Assembly (NCBI GenBank): GCA_028534125.1
Contig: CM052851.1
Span: 2,790,001-2,854,000 of the forward strand
Source of the DNA: Lama glama
Lineage: Eukaryota
Length of the DNA: 64,000 nt
Direction: 5' to 3'
Shown: one piece after another, positions 37,130-50,053 of the stretch
Layout: the number at the start of each line of letters is the position of its first letter
How positions within the stretch are numbered: the stretch's first letter is position 1
Position numbers and translations under genes: made by a program
Notes under the pieces: generated by a model
Seen by the model: only the letters and a program-made list of their open reading frames with translations
Database searches by the model: none
Told to the model about the DNA's origin: nothing

Positions 37130-37630
37130 CCCCACAGAGGCAGTGGGCGAGCGGCTTCTCGGGGCTGGGGAGGAGAGGACGGGGCTGATAACAGTATGGG
37201 GTTTCTTTTGGGGGTGATGAAAATGTTCTGCAATCGGAGAGTGGGAATATTTCCAAAACTTTGTGAATACGCTAAAAGCTATGCAATTGTACACTCTAAA
37301 TAGGTGAGTTATATGGTAGGCAAATTATATCTCCATAAATCTGTTCTTTAAGGGGGAAGAAACGCTTTTCTAAATGTCGTGTGGCATCCAAGAGTGGACC
37401 TTGAAACAGAGAAAGGACATTCATGAGAAATTGTATGAAATCCAAATAAAGTCTGTCCTTTAGTTAACAGTGTGGCCCCAACGCTAATTTCTTAGCTTTA
37501 ACAAATGGTCCGTGGCTAAGTAAGAGGTTAATTCTAGGGGAAACTGGTAAACAATACGCAGAAATTCTCCATTTAAGTTTACAATCTTTCTGTAAATCTA
37601 AAATTATTCCAAAATTCAAAGTTTATTCAA
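37130..37630 (+). mobile_element. Old L1M 3'-end fragments
   Basis: 'ggggtttcttttgggggtgatgaaaatgttct...gtgaatacgctaaaa...ttatatctccataaa' typical of L1M 3' ends. Confidence 0.7.
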
Positions 37631-38659
37631 TTGAAACACAAAAGGCAGCGCTGCTGTGAATGGCCATGTGCCGGCGTGAGGGTCCAGGCGTCCACCCCAG
37701 GAGAATCGCGTGCTGGAAGCTTCCCCGGCCCCACCCACACACGACCACGCAGGTGCCCCTGGACACCTTGGTGACAGGGTGGCTCTGGCAGTGCCCATCC
37801 CCCTGCACAGCTGTTCCACACCATGTCCTACGGCCCCTGTGCTGTGAGACTGAAGTCGTCTCCTGAATGTACACGGGCTAGGGCATCCCCAATTCATCCT
37901 TAAGAGAGCTGTGGGACTAAAGCGCATCTTACACATTTTGACTAATATTTGAAGGGCCCAAACGCTGGTCCCTCTCGGGTGGTGACAGGGTACACGCATC
38001 CGCACAGCTACATTCTGCGCGAGGGAGCCCAGGCCCGCTCTTCGTTGGATTCAAATGAGAAATTCAAACATAAATAATTAACATACATGCCTTATAAATT
38101 ATGCTAAACTTGGTGAAAGCTGCAGTAAGCACTGATTATCTCCCACTGGTTCTGAAAGTCAGGAACTGGTGAGCAGGTCAGCTGGGTGGTTCTTGGCTCA
38201 GGGGCTCTCGGGAGGTTTCAGTCCAGGTATTGGCCAGGACTGGCTGGGGATGGAGGACTCGTTTCCAAGGTGACACACTCACACCTCAGCTCCTTGCCAC
38301 CTTGACCTCTGCAAAGGGCTGTGTGAACTTCCTTCTGACGAGGGCTGGCTTGTCTCAGAGCAGACGCTGACGTGTCCCCCGTGCCCCGTGTCTGGAAGAG
38401 ACACCTGCTGTTTTCACAATGCCCTCCCCTTCTGCAGGTCAGCCCAGCTCCCTGCAGGAGGGGCCGCACAGGGCCGTGGTGCTCGGAGGAGAGGCCCACC
38501 CACTGGAAGCCATCAAGGAGGCTGGCTCTGGAAGCATCCTTGCACAGTTTCAGGTGAAGGTAGGACTGGAGAAAATGTCCCCATCAACACTACTACAAAG
38601 CAAGGGGGCAAAGGGACGTGAGAGGAGGCAACAGGAGGGGCTGGCTTCCTCAGTTTAAT

Positions 38660-39470
38660 GAAGCACATCTACACAAAGCCTACACTAACGTCACACTTCA
38701 TGGTGAACTGAATGCTTTCCTCCTAAGACTGGGAACAAGGATGTCCATTATTGTCCGTTGACACTGTTTCAACATAGTGTCGGAAATCCTAGCCAGTGCA
38801 ATAAAGCAAGCAAAGGAAATAAAAGGCATACGGAATGGAAAGGAGAAATAAAACTGTCCAGTTTTGCAGATGCTATGATTGTCTATGTAGGAAATCCCAA
38901 AGAATCTATGAAAAAAATCTTTCTAGAATGTATAAGGGAGCTCAGCAAGGTTGCCCAATACAAGATCAGCATACAAAAATCAACCGCACTTCTATAAACC
39001 AGTGATGAGCAGGTGTACGATGAAATTAAAACTACAATGCTGTTTATAATTGCTAATAAATAAATAAAATACTTTAAGGTGTGGAGCTAATGAAACACAC
39101 TGAAGACTTGTATGCTGAAAACCACAAAGTGCTGATAAAATAGATGAGGGGATATCTAAGTAAATGGAGAGAAATACTGTGTTCTTGTACTGGAAGATGT
39201 CAGTTCTCCCCAAAATGACATACAGGTTTAAAGTATTTTCTATCAAAAGTCCCAGCAAGAGTTTTTTTGTAGATATAAACAAGATTATTTTTAAATAGGT
39301 ACAGGAAAGCAAATGAACTATAACAGCTACAAAAATTTTGAAAAAGAGCAATAAAGTGAGAGGAATCAGTCTACCCAGTTTCAAGACTTATTATCTGGCC
39401 ACAGTAATCAGGACTGTGTGGCACTGATGGAAAGATAGGTAAGAAGACCATTGGAACAGAGTGGTGAAGC
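38660..39470 (+). mobile_element. Decayed L1 ORF2 (reverse transcriptase) fragment
   Basis: ORF 38758..38997 contains [21 protein letters not shown]...[15 protein letters not shown], the L1 RT FADD region with the motif mutated; frameshifts and stops around it. Confidence 0.9.
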
Positions 39471-40335
39471 CAGTATCAATTCCAACCCCACATTCTCACC
39501 AATTGGAAAAGGATGTTTTGTTCTGGATTTTTTAGAAATACTGTATTTTCTTTTGTTTTCAGTCATTTAAATACGAGGGCTTTTTTTCCCTTGAGGGCAC
39601 ACATGGAAAAGGGAAACCCCAAAATACAGAGGGTTACATTCCAAAAACTTAGTTTCATTTACAACATTCATCTGTAAGGTCACCAGTGCTGAGAATTAAG
39701 TATCAAGTAATGTCTGGTGCCTGAATGGTCCTCTCGAAAACGGGAGGCCCTTTATGACCTGGCCCTGCCTCTGTCTCCAGCTTCATTGTCTCCCATCCTC
39801 TGTGAGGGCCTGAGCTTTCAGCAATATTGAAGCCTGTTCACCCACAGTCTCTGCCCTGCGTATCCTGTTTGGAACACCCTCTTCTCTGTTCTTTTGGTTT
39901 CCCTTGGCTTTTCCCCCAAGATGCAGCCCCAGCTTGACCTCATCCCAGAATCTTTCCCTGACTCCATCCACCTGCCGTCCTCTGGATGCCCAGGGATCCT
40001 GTGGCTTCCATGTGGTACAAGGATCATCTGTCCGTCCCCACACCCAAGCTCAGGACTGAGACACTCTCTCTCTCCTTTATTTAAACCATTCACCATGTTA
40101 GTGCACAATTCTGCCATTAAGTACCTTCTCAGCGTTGGGCAGCCACCACCTCTAACTAGTTTTGGAGCATCTTCATGGCCCCGAAAGGAAACCGCACACC
40201 CATGAGTGGTCACTCCCCACCCCCCTCACCCCCCAGCCCTTGTCAACCACTAATCTGCTTTCTGTCTGTGGACTTACTGAGAATGTTTCTTTCATCTCTA
40301 CTTCACCAATTCTTATGCAAAAAGGCAAAAATATG

Positions 40336-40741
40336 CAGTCAGCCCTCTGTATTCATGGGTTGTGCACCCTCAGATTCAACCAACCACAGACTGAAAACAT
40401 TTGGTGGAAAAAGTTTCAGTAAGTCCCCAAAAGCAAAGCTTGAATTTGCCGTGCACCCGGCAACTGCTGACGTAGCATTTACATTGCGTTAGCTCTTGTA
40501 CGTAATCTAAGCCGATTTAAAGTATCCGGGACACAGTACCCAACAGCGCAGGAAAACAAATGGTTTATAAGGATGACTTGGGGTGTGAAATAAAGCTTTT
40601 GAAAAACCAAGTATATGGGAGGGTGTACACAGCTTATATGCAAATACTATGCCATCTTATACAAGGGGCTTGAGCATCCGCAGAGTTTGGTGTCCGCGGG
40701 GGGCCTGGAACCAACCCACCTCGGATACTGTGTCTGGACTG
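40336..40741. mobile_element. TcMar-Tigger non-autonomous DNA transposon (MER2/Tigger3-like)
   Basis: Left end CAGTCAGCCCTCTGTATTC...GATTCAACCAACC; right end ...TTGAGCATCCGCAGAGTTTGGTGTCCGCGGGGGGCCTGGAACCAACC...GGATACTG. Confidence 0.75.
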
Positions 40742-41439
40742 CAGTAGGAAATCACCGCTTTGCTCAGGGGGCAACCAAGCTATGCTGAGTTACCGGCACC
40801 ACTTAGTGGCCGGATGGGGAACTGTCTTGCTTAATTAACCTCCTCGGTCTCCGTTCTACCCACGCCCCTTGGAGGAGCCTGCCCGAGCCAGTTCCCTGCA
40901 TCAGTCATTCATCTCCTTTAGGTACCATCTTGGCCAGGTATTGTACTTTCTCCCCACCCACACCGATGGCCTCGAGGTCAGGACGTCAGGGCTAGCGCTC
41001 TGCCCTGCTTCCTGCTCTCTGTCTCTTCCCCTGAAGATGTCCTCTACCTTCTTACAAGCTCGACTCTCCACCTGAACGATGCTTCTTAAAGTTTATCTTA
41101 CACTTCCGGTGTTGTGTGGCAAAAGCATTTTCATAATGTCTAGTCCCAAATATTTCCAGAGTGGAAAGTCCTTGTTTGAATCTTACCGTGAGCCTGTAGA
41201 GGATCACTTGTGTGTGCGTAAGAAAGGACACAAACAAACAGAAGAGAAAAAGGAGGGAAGGGAAGGAAGAAGCAGGCCGCTCACCAGAAGTGAAAGGTAA
41301 ATATATGCAACCAAAATAATACGTGTTTTCACTTATTCAATTGTCAGCGATTTAAAATTTCTTACAACGCTCATTATTTGGCAAAAGTAAGAAGAAATGT
41401 GTTCCCATGTGTAAGCTAGGACAAACATTTTAAACTTTA

Positions 41440-41770
41440 CTTTTCTTAAATTGAAGTGTAGTCAGCTTACAATGTTGTATCAATTGCCGGTGTAGAGCAC
41501 AATGCTTCAGTCACACATAAATAAACATATATCCGTTTTCATGTTCTCTTTCACCGTAAGCTACTGCAGGATATCGAATATAGTTCCCTGTGCTATAAAG
41601 TATAAGCTTGTTTATCTATTTTATATATACCAGTTGGTATCTGCAAATCTCAGATTCCCAATTTATCCCTTCCCACCCCCTTCCCCTCTGTAACCGTAAG
41701 TTTGTTTTCTATGTCTGTGAGTCTGTTTCTGTTTTATAAATAAGTTCATTTGTCTTTTTTTTTAGATAAG
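41440..41770 (-). mobile_element. L1 3'UTR fragment (cetartiodactyl type)
   Basis: 'ttgaagtgtagtcagcttacaatgttg...atagttccctgtgctata...ctatgtctgtgagtctgtttctgttttataaataagttcatttg'. Confidence 0.8.
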
Positions 41771-41899
41771 GTGAAACCTTTTTAGAAGATGAAATTTCAT
41801 ATTCATTGACCCAGAGAATTGGTTGGGAATTGTTTGCAGTTACAGCAGATACTGGAAATAACAATGGTTTAGATAGAATAAAAATTTTGTTGACTGAAA

Positions 41900-41949
41900 A
41901 CACACACACACACGCATGGACACGTGCACACACATACACACACACACAC
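41900..41949. repeat. Interrupted (CA)n microsatellite
   Basis: Direct inspection. Confidence 0.85.
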
Positions 41950-41964
41950 TGTAAGAGCTGTGAG

Positions 41965-42380
41965 TTGACTTTGATCCGGGTTCTTACTGAATTATAGCCT
42001 GAAAAAGCATCTCAGAAAGCCCTGAGGAACAGCATGAAAGAGAAAGGGGGAGAGGCCAGGATATCCGTGACTGGGGCTAGGAAGCATGTGCAGTCAAGTG
42101 CACATATCAATAAAAGGTTACTGCTAATCATGAGGAAGACGTATCTAGTTAATGACTTTAGAGCTTTTTTCTTTTTCTATGAAATGTGCAAGAATCTGGG
42201 TTCATTAAAATTCTTCTTGAGATACCCAGCTATCTCAGGGGCCTCTTTTTTTCCAAAGCATGAAGTGCCTCACCCTGTTTTGTCCTGAACTCTCAGGGTG
42301 CAGTGTCAGTGCGACTACAATGACTAATGACTAATCCTTGTAGAACTGGATGGTGGGCAACATTCTTTGTTTTAGTTTAT
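41965..42380. mobile_element. Probable ERV solo LTR fragment
   Basis: Resembles 35970-36430 (ctga..a.tagcctg.a...); internal AATAAA near 42109. Confidence 0.4.
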
Positions 42381-42559
42381 TTACCTGCCTCATTAAAAAA
42401 AAAAAAGTACTGAAGCAGGCAAGATGGCATCATGAACCCAAGCTCTTTCTGTATTTCTGCTCCACCCCACCCTCAGAAGGTGCCTTCAAAGAGCCTCACA
42501 GTCCAAAAGAGCTGGCAGAGCTCCAGCCCTCAAACCTACATTCCAGGCTACAGAAAGGA

Positions 42560-42750
42560 GAAACAGGGGAATGAGGACTGGCTGTTGATGGGCATGGGGC
42601 TTCTTTCCAGAGTGATGAAAATGTTCTTAAATTGATTGTGGTGATAGTTGGACAACTCTGTGAATATACTAAAGAAAAAAAAAAACACTGAATGGTATGC
42701 TTTAAATAAGTAACATGTGATTTGTGAACTATATCTCAATAAAGCTATTT
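42560..42750 (+). mobile_element. Old L1M 3' end
   Basis: 'gtgatgaaaatgttcttaaattgattgtggtgatagttggacaactctgtgaatatactaaa...tatatctcaataaagctatt'. Confidence 0.75.
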
Positions 42751-43699
42751 TAAGAATCACGTAATGTGATACTAAGTGACAGAAAAGAACAAGATTCTTC
42801 CAAAAAAAAATTGTCACCATAAACAAAGTAAAAAGACAAACAGAAAACCTGGGGGAAGATTGAGCACCTAGAAAATACAAATCGTACACAACATTGTAAG
42901 TCAACTAAAGTTCAGTTTAAAAAACTAATAAACCAACATTGGTAATGACTATTAAAAAAATACAAACCATCCCTGAACAATGCAAAGCAGCGGCTCTCAC
43001 TCACAGGGGACGGGCAGGCTGGAAACACGGCTCAGATACAACATTGCAAACTCACTATACTTCAGTTACAAGAACAAAGAAAAAGAAAACCCACAGCTCA
43101 ATACCATTTCCATTGACTGGCAAAGGGTTCTAACCCAGGACTGCACGGCGTGGCTGCAGGAATGGGGGTTCCACGCCTGTAGAAGGCGATGAACTGGTTC
43201 TCCCTGCTCGGGCAGTGGTCAGCGCCCACCAAACACAAAAGACCCAAGAATGGAGCCACGGCCTAGGGTCCCAGAGCCAGGAAGGGCGGGGCCAGGCTGA
43301 CTCGGATGGGCCATGGGTCCTGATACAAAGTCCTGGCCAGGGCGCTGCGCTGACAGGAACCCCTCCTATCGCCAGGGCACAAAGGTCAGGGCCTCACCTC
43401 CGAGAATCACTGGCCCAGGGGCCGGACTCTGATTTGAAGCCCCTTCTCACACTTGCGTCACCACAGCCTGGGTCACCCGTTCAATCGCCACATCAGCTGT
43501 GGATCACTGATCCAGCACCTTCCGGTACTGGGTACCGGCGGTGCCAGGGAGGGGCAGGAAACGGACCCAGCTCTCCAAACGCAGACTTCACCCCACGCCC
43601 CCTAAGGAGGGGCAGCTCCCCGTGGCTGCTGGAACCAATCACCCCCGAGCCACTGGCCCAGAACCACAGAAGCATATGGCCCTGCAGCTCTGCAGGTTA

Positions 43700-44040
43700 G
43701 GCTCCGACGGCTCTCGGGGCTCCAGCCGCGGTGTGGGCGGGGCTCGCGCCGGCGGAGGCTCCGGGGGAGTCTGCTCCTTCTCCAGCTAGATTCCTGGCCC
43801 CTCCCCCGCCGCCCAGGCCAGCAACGACGGGTGGAGTCCTTTTCTACGCCTAGTCCCCCTCTTCTGCCCCTCTACTCCACTTTTAAAGGCCCTTGGGATG
43901 ACACGGGCCCACTCGGATAACCCACAACCAAGGCCGATTAGAGCCCTCCCTTGCCCTCTGCCACGTGGGGTGACGTATGTTCAGGGTTCGGGGGTTGGCA
44001 CGTGGACGTCCTGGGGAGGCCACTACTCTGCCTGTCTGAG
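43700..44040. mobile_element. MaLR LTR (MLT1-like) remnant
   Basis: 'tccacttttaaaggccctt...gggcccactcggataa...ggtgacgtatgttcagggttcgggggtt...tggacgtcctgggg...actctgcct'. Confidence 0.55.
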
Positions 44041-44443
44041 GGCGTCAGGCCCACGGGACATCCACACGCATCACCTCACACCGCCCCCTCGGGAGGTGGT
44101 GTTGCCGAATCAGACAGGAGGTTTAATCAACAGAGAAGATACTGACGTGAAGCCGAGATGGCCGGTGCCCGCGGGAATCTCCACAGCTCACACGCGACAC
44201 TGGAGCGCTTCCAGACAGTTTTGAACATAATTGAATAAACAGTATTTTAACTCTGAGAGAGTTTAGAAGAAAAAGCAGCTCATCACTCAATTTATTTCTA
44301 TTTGCCTAAGCTCCCCTCCACGTGTCATTTTCACAATCATAATCCAATGTAGAGTTGACTTCCCAGGGGAGAACAAGTCAGGTCAGAAGAAATATCCAGA
44401 GGGCCAGTGAAAACAAAACTCAGAATTTAAAACATGGGACTGA

Positions 44444-44601
44444 GGGGAGGACTGGGGGTGGCTCAGTGGCAGAGTGAGTGCCTAGTATGCATGAGGTGCT
44501 GGGTTCAATCCCCGGTACCTCCATTAAGAATAAATAAAGAAACTTAATAACCTCGCTGCCCAACCAAAAAAATAAAATTAAATTAAAAATTTAAAAAACC
44601 C
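44444..44601 (+). mobile_element. tRNA-derived SINE (Vic-1-like) with 12-bp target-site duplication
   Basis: A box GGCTCAGTGG, B box GGTTCAATCC, A-rich tail; TSD ACATGGGACTGA at 44432-44443 and 44602-44613. Confidence 0.92.
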
Positions 44602-46869
44602 ACATGGGACTGACATTGTAAGATTAGGGCATCCTAATGTTTCAAGAAAACAAATTCCTAAAATGCATTGCTATGTCTTATTACGAAGATACATACACAT
44701 CCCACCGAATCCTTGAGGTGCACCCAGCAAAAGGCTTCAAACTCAAGTAGGGAGAAGGACCCCGGAAGTACCTGTCTGGGAAGGAAGAGCATGGAATTTG
44801 TGTCCCCTTTTCCAGGGGCGCAGAGCAGCAGAGCAGGGAGCCCCTTCCTGAAAGCCCCGAGCTGCCCGCCCCCCCCCACACCCTCGGGGCTCTGGCGGGG
44901 CAGCTCGCCTGGGAACCGCATCTCCTCTGTACCCTGACCGCCATGATGCAACCGCCACTTCCTGCATCAGCCCTGGGACCCACACCGAGGAGCACTGCGC
45001 TCTCCGTGGACGTCGTGCTGCCCCCCGGCCAGCACACCCTGCCGGGGAGAAATCCCAGCCGCACGGCGTGCCCACGGTGACTCCAGGGTGCTTGGAGGTG
45101 CCTGCCTCCGCGGCTGGGCTGTCCGCACAGAGAGGCCGTCCCTGGTCGCACCTCATGACAAAGTGGGCCCGGGGACAATTATGACCTTGAGACAGAAGGT
45201 GGCGGTGGGCTGTTTAAAAGAGGAGGGGGAAGATGATGACGTGATGACTGCAGGTGAGCAGACCTCTGGCCAGGTTCTGCCGTCAGCACACACACACAGA
45301 ATGCCAAGACACACCCGTGCCTGCTGGGCCACCACGGGCACAGGCAGAGCAGCACTGGGCGGACACTGGGCTGGTGGGGCCTCTCCGCCCCTGCCCTAGT
45401 CACATTCTGTCCCCACCCCTTCGCAGAGAAGCTTTCCTGCCTTTTCTTTAGGACCAGTGTCCCCGCAGGCAGCTGCGACCTCACCTGGTGGTCAGAGCCC
45501 TGCCTCCTGTAACCACGTGCAGGGTGGGCCTGGCTTCCAGCCCCGGGCCTCCCGTCCAGCCCCACACAGTCACGGAAGGAGAGCGGGGGCCCCTCAGGCT
45601 GGGATCCCATGAGCAGAGCTGGCAAAGGGACAGCACACGCATCTACTGCCCTCTGGCTTGAAGGGGCTCAAAGGGGAAACAGCACAGCCAGAGGCTCTGT
45701 AGGGACGCCTGGCGGGGAGGGAGCAGGCCCACGCCCCAGCACTGCTCCCAGCTCCCAGGTGACCCAGCTGAGCTCCAGGGCAGGTACACAGTGGCAGACA
45801 GACCCGGAAAGGCAGATGGGGGCCAGCGCCAACTTCCTAATTCTTGAATTTTAAGAGTACGCCACTCTAACCACAGACCAAGCCTGCCTGCCTCACTGGT
45901 GACAGTCCTTAAGTTAAAGATCACCACCACACACAACTAAGGTAGAGTCAAGGCAGCCTGCCAGGAAAGGTCCTTGGAGGGGCTGGCGGCTGGCCTGGGA
46001 CACACCTGGCCTGCGAGGAGTACGGCCCCGGGGAATTGGGAGACCAGCCACAACACAGGATCCCGGGCTGCAGGGGACCCGTGGGACACAAGCCAGAGGG
46101 TGTTGAGAAGGACCCGGCGAGAGCAGAGAGAGGGAAGGGGCTGCAGCAGGGACTCGGGGCTCTGCGCCCGTCCCCACAGTTGCCTGCAGCGGCCGTGGAC
46201 AACACCCAAGTCCTACCGTGGGGAGAGCGGGCTGGTTTGGGAGTCTGATCTGCACCACCTGCCCAAGCCTCCGAGGGACCTCCCAGGTCCTCCAGGGGCC
46301 TCTGAGCTCCCCTGCTGTACACGAGCCCCTGCAAGGAGAGGCCTGTCCACACCTGGGATCTGGGGGGCTGGGTCTGCAGACAGCACACAGCCCTCCCACC
46401 ACCGGGGCGGACCACCGCTCAGCCGGGTGACCTGGAGGTGTTTATCTGAGCTGCCGGTCCCCTCGTGTCCCCTCAGCCTCCCCACACCCCAAGTTCTCTG
46501 GAGCTCACCTGGCGGTGGTCAGCCTGGGAGCCCGGAGCCAGCCCTCCGAGCCTGCTAGCCCCTCTGCTCAGCGCCCCGACCCCTCAGACGCGGCTTCACT
46601 GCCGCGCCCCTGAGCAGAGCAACGCCTGCAGCCACACTGCCACCGCCTCAGGGCCTGCTGTGAGAACTGTACTCGGGAGCATCTTCTGTTTTACTTTCTG
46701 TCCACGTAGTTGAGGATTCGAGAGTTCAAACGTTTCACCTCCTAAAAAGTACCCTCTGAGGAATGCGCCTGGCTGGAAGGGAGCCGGCCGGCCCGGAGCC
46801 GGCGAGGGAGGCGCTGCCAGCCGAGCGGCCCCGCCCAGAACCAAGGGGCCAACACACAGCGCATCAGCA

Positions 46870-47866
46870 GCAAGTGGGTCAAAAAAAGTTTATTGTGAAT
46901 ATTTAATTTAAAAAAATCATACCTATGAGGTGTGCTACAGAAATTTAGATACAGTAATTGCATATAAAACCCAACCTAATTGTGGTAAAGCAAATGCACT
47001 TCGGGAAAGAAAACGTGTCCCTCGGGGCCACAGACGTCCCCACACGCGCGTCCCCACGTGAGCATCTGGGGTCCGCCACCCTGACCACGCAGGGCTGAGC
47101 GGGCCTCCTGGTCCCTCAGGATGGGTCCCTCAAGTCCCCGCAGAGCTGGCACGGGGCGCCGTGGGCCAGAGCACCCACGTGCTCGCTTGTGCTTCTCAGC
47201 CAAGTCGATCGATCAAACTTCGCTATCACTGAGCATGAGGTTTGCCCCCTTGGCGGCAGGTGTTTCCAGCAGTTTACAACCGGGGAGGGACCTGCCCCCC
47301 ACAGCAGGGTGGCTGTTCGCCCCCAGGGCGGCCACAGCCCCGCTGCCCGGGGAAGCTGACCACAGGCCTTTGGGCCGGGAGCCGGAGACAAGCGGGGAGG
47401 ACCTTGCAGGGGCCGGGGGACGCTGCATCGCGGGGCAGGGCCGCGGCTCAGCAGCCCTCCTGGGTGGCCGGGAACGGCCAGAGAACCAGGACAAGACGCG
47501 GGGCAGGAGGTAGGCCAGGGTCAAAAGCTGCGGGACCTCACAGTGCCAGGCGCTTTCCCACATAACCTCAAAGCTCAGGTTCTTTCTAGCCACTTCCCTC
47601 CCTGCAAACGCTGGGACCTCAGAGACGCTGCTGAGACAGCGACTCCTAACACCACGGCGGTGAGGTGCACTCGGGACAACCGAAGTGGCTCCACGCGACA
47701 GTCGATTTGGCAAAAAAAGAAAATACCTTAAATGCATAAAAATAATTACCGAGTCCCCCCAGGAGCATAATCACAATATTTCAGCAAATCCTGTGGCGCA
47801 AACATTTCCAAAAGCATCAGCAGAAGCATTAAATACGAAAGCGGCACGCCTGCTGCCTGGCCCGCG
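46870..47866 (-). other. CTTN: CTTN 3'UTR
   Basis: Runs from the stop codon to just past the AATAAA at 46889-46894; AU-rich terminal block. Confidence 0.8.
46889..46894 (-). terminator. CTTN: CTTN polyadenylation signal AATAAA
   Basis: TTTATT on the + strand, ~1 kb after the stop; TGTGTG/T-rich sequence downstream on the - strand. Confidence 0.85.
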
Positions 47867-48003
47867 CTACGGCCGCAGCTCCACGTAGTTGGCGGGGAAG
47901 AGCCCGTAGCGGCCCTTGCACAGCCCGCGCCACCAGCCGTCGTCAATCATCTCGATGTTGGTGATGATGTCATCGGGGTCGAAGGAGATCTCGTCGTCAC
48001 CCG
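47867..48003 (-). CDS. CTTN: Cortactin last coding exon, SH3 domain ([45 protein letters not shown])
   Basis: C-rich tract plus CAG acceptor at 48006-48004; TAG at 47869-47867; SH3 consensus. Confidence 0.98.
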
Positions 48004-48847
48004 CTGGGGGGGGGCACAGAGAGGGACATGAGTGCATGAATGACCCGCCGGACTGCGCTCCCCTACAGCCTCCCACTGAGGCTCGCAGCAGGCAGGGGGC
48101 ACCATCTCTGCTAAATGAGGGCAGGTCTGCTCCCACACCCTGGCTACAGCTGCCAGAATAACTGGGAGCAAGAAAGCAAATGTGCCGGGGCTCCGAAGCC
48201 AGGCTGCTGGGCAGGTTAGGGAAGCCGGGGCAGGGCTGGGAGGGGCTGGGGCAGGACAAAGGAAGGAGCAAGCACTCCTCCCAGGGAAGCAGAAGTGGGA
48301 AACCACAGCCCCAAAGGCTGGCTGGGGGCTGGGAGTGTGAGGAGGATGAACAGGACCTTGGGGGGGACCCACGAAACACTCAGAGCTGCAAAGGGCGGAA
48401 CGGGGACTTTGCGGTGGAGAACCTGACTGACACCAACAGGCCGGGAGACAGCAGTGACAACCACGGCGTGGACCCGGGGAAGAGAGCGGCCGTGGGCCCA
48501 ACATGATGCAGGGTTTGGAGCCGGGCAGGGCTGAGGGTCGTCCTGACGTGAAAGGCGCCCATGACCTGAGGGGCTGGCGGAGGCTGTGGGGCTGCTCCGG
48601 ATCGGAGGCGACAAGAGAGGTGCCAGGGGAACCCAGGGACAGGCCCGACCAGGACTAGAGGCGCCCCCGGGCGGCGGGTAAACGGGGACCAGCTCTGCAG
48701 GCCTTGCAGTCTTTCAACGGCAACTTTTCACTCCAGGAGGAGTGTGCTTGTGATGGGCGGTGTCCTTGGCTTGGGGTCTCTAGGGGCCCAGGGCACCCCT
48801 GCAGCTGCAGAGCTCAGTGGTTCAGAGACTAAAGGGAACAGGGAGCA

Positions 48848-48899
48848 TGTGAGTGTGTGAGTGTGTGCACGTGTGTGTGTGCGTGAGTGTGCGTGCGCG
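48848..48899. repeat. Degenerate (TG)n microsatellite
   Basis: Direct inspection. Confidence 0.75.
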
Positions 48900-49116
48900 C
48901 CCTCACAGGCAGAGATGGAGAGGTGGAATCTGGTTGAGGGAGATACAGCAATTCCCTGTACTACATTTGCAACTTTTCTGTAACTTTAAAATTGTTTCAA
49001 AATAAATTACTTTTTAAAATCGTAAACGGAGCTCTGAGAGTCAGACTCTTAGTCAAGAGACGCGACGTGAGCTGCGGAAGCCCCCCCCCCCCGCCGTTGG
49101 CGGGGTGGCTGCTCAC

Positions 49117-49188
49117 CGGCCTGGTAGTCGTAGAGGGCGGTGGCCGTGACTCCGAGGTCGTTCTCATACTCGTCGTAGGCCCCCTCCT
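49117..49188 (-). CDS. CTTN: Cortactin exon (EEGAYDEYENDLGVTATALYDYQA)
   Basis: TTTCAG acceptor, GTGAGC donor; 72 nt, phase 1-1; ALYDY start of the SH3 domain. Confidence 0.96.
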
Positions 49189-50053
49189 CTGAAATGAACC
49201 GGCACAAGCTCTGAGAGGCCGCCCCGTCCCATTGTGCCCCGTCCACCGACCCTCCCAAGGCTGGGCAGGGAGCCAGGCGGGCAGAGACGGCACCGCCCTG
49301 CCGCCCACCCATCCCGAGAGAATCGGAGGCGGAGCTGGGGGACACAGGACCTCCCACCCCCCTCGCAGGAGCAAATCCTCCGTCCCCAACTCCGTCTCCG
49401 ACTCCGTCTCCAACTCCGACACCACCCGGTGAACGCAATTAACTCCATGGACACTGTGACAAAGTACAATTTTTAAAATTTCAGATATTTAGCCCCAATT
49501 TGAGAGAAAGCCTTGTCACAGGTAAATGGCAACTGGGAGACGGGGGACCAGATGCCCCACGTTGTGCTCGGGGAGGTAAGGGCTCTGCCCTGGTGTCGAT
49601 TCTGATGCTGATTCTCATGTCACTCCAAGTGGGGGAAGGGGCGTGTGTTAAACCTGTCCAAATACATTAAAGGTAACTTCATTCTAAAAGCAAGAGACCA
49701 ATTTGAGCGTTCCTCCACCTGTGCAACTTCCAGAGTGCGCGGGAACCTTCATCTTTAGGGACCTCAGGAGGCGCAGGCCCCCTGGAGCTGGCTCCCCACG
49801 CCTGGAAGGCACTCAAGCTTCTACTCTGATCAGACAACAGCAGAAGCCCCTTCTTCATGCCCACCCCTGTTCAGTGCCCCGCCCCACACCAGCAGGGATC
49901 TTCCTGGAAACCCCACAGGAGGCCAAGCCCCCTGGGGACTGTGGCCCATCCCAGACGGGATGAACCCTGCAGGTGAGAAGGGGCAGCGCGGGTCAGCCAA
50001 TGGGGAAACAGAAGTGATCCCAGGGGAACAGAAGCAGAGGGAGACCCCCATAC

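Noticed and set aside
38758-38997. Active reverse transcriptase gene
   Set aside because: Catalytic FADD is mutated to FADA, and the fragment is short and frameshifted
44444-44525. Possible tRNA genes (also at 35890, 54950, 63510)
   Set aside because: A/B boxes are followed by A-rich tails and TSDs, and the cloverleaf is degenerate: these are SINEs
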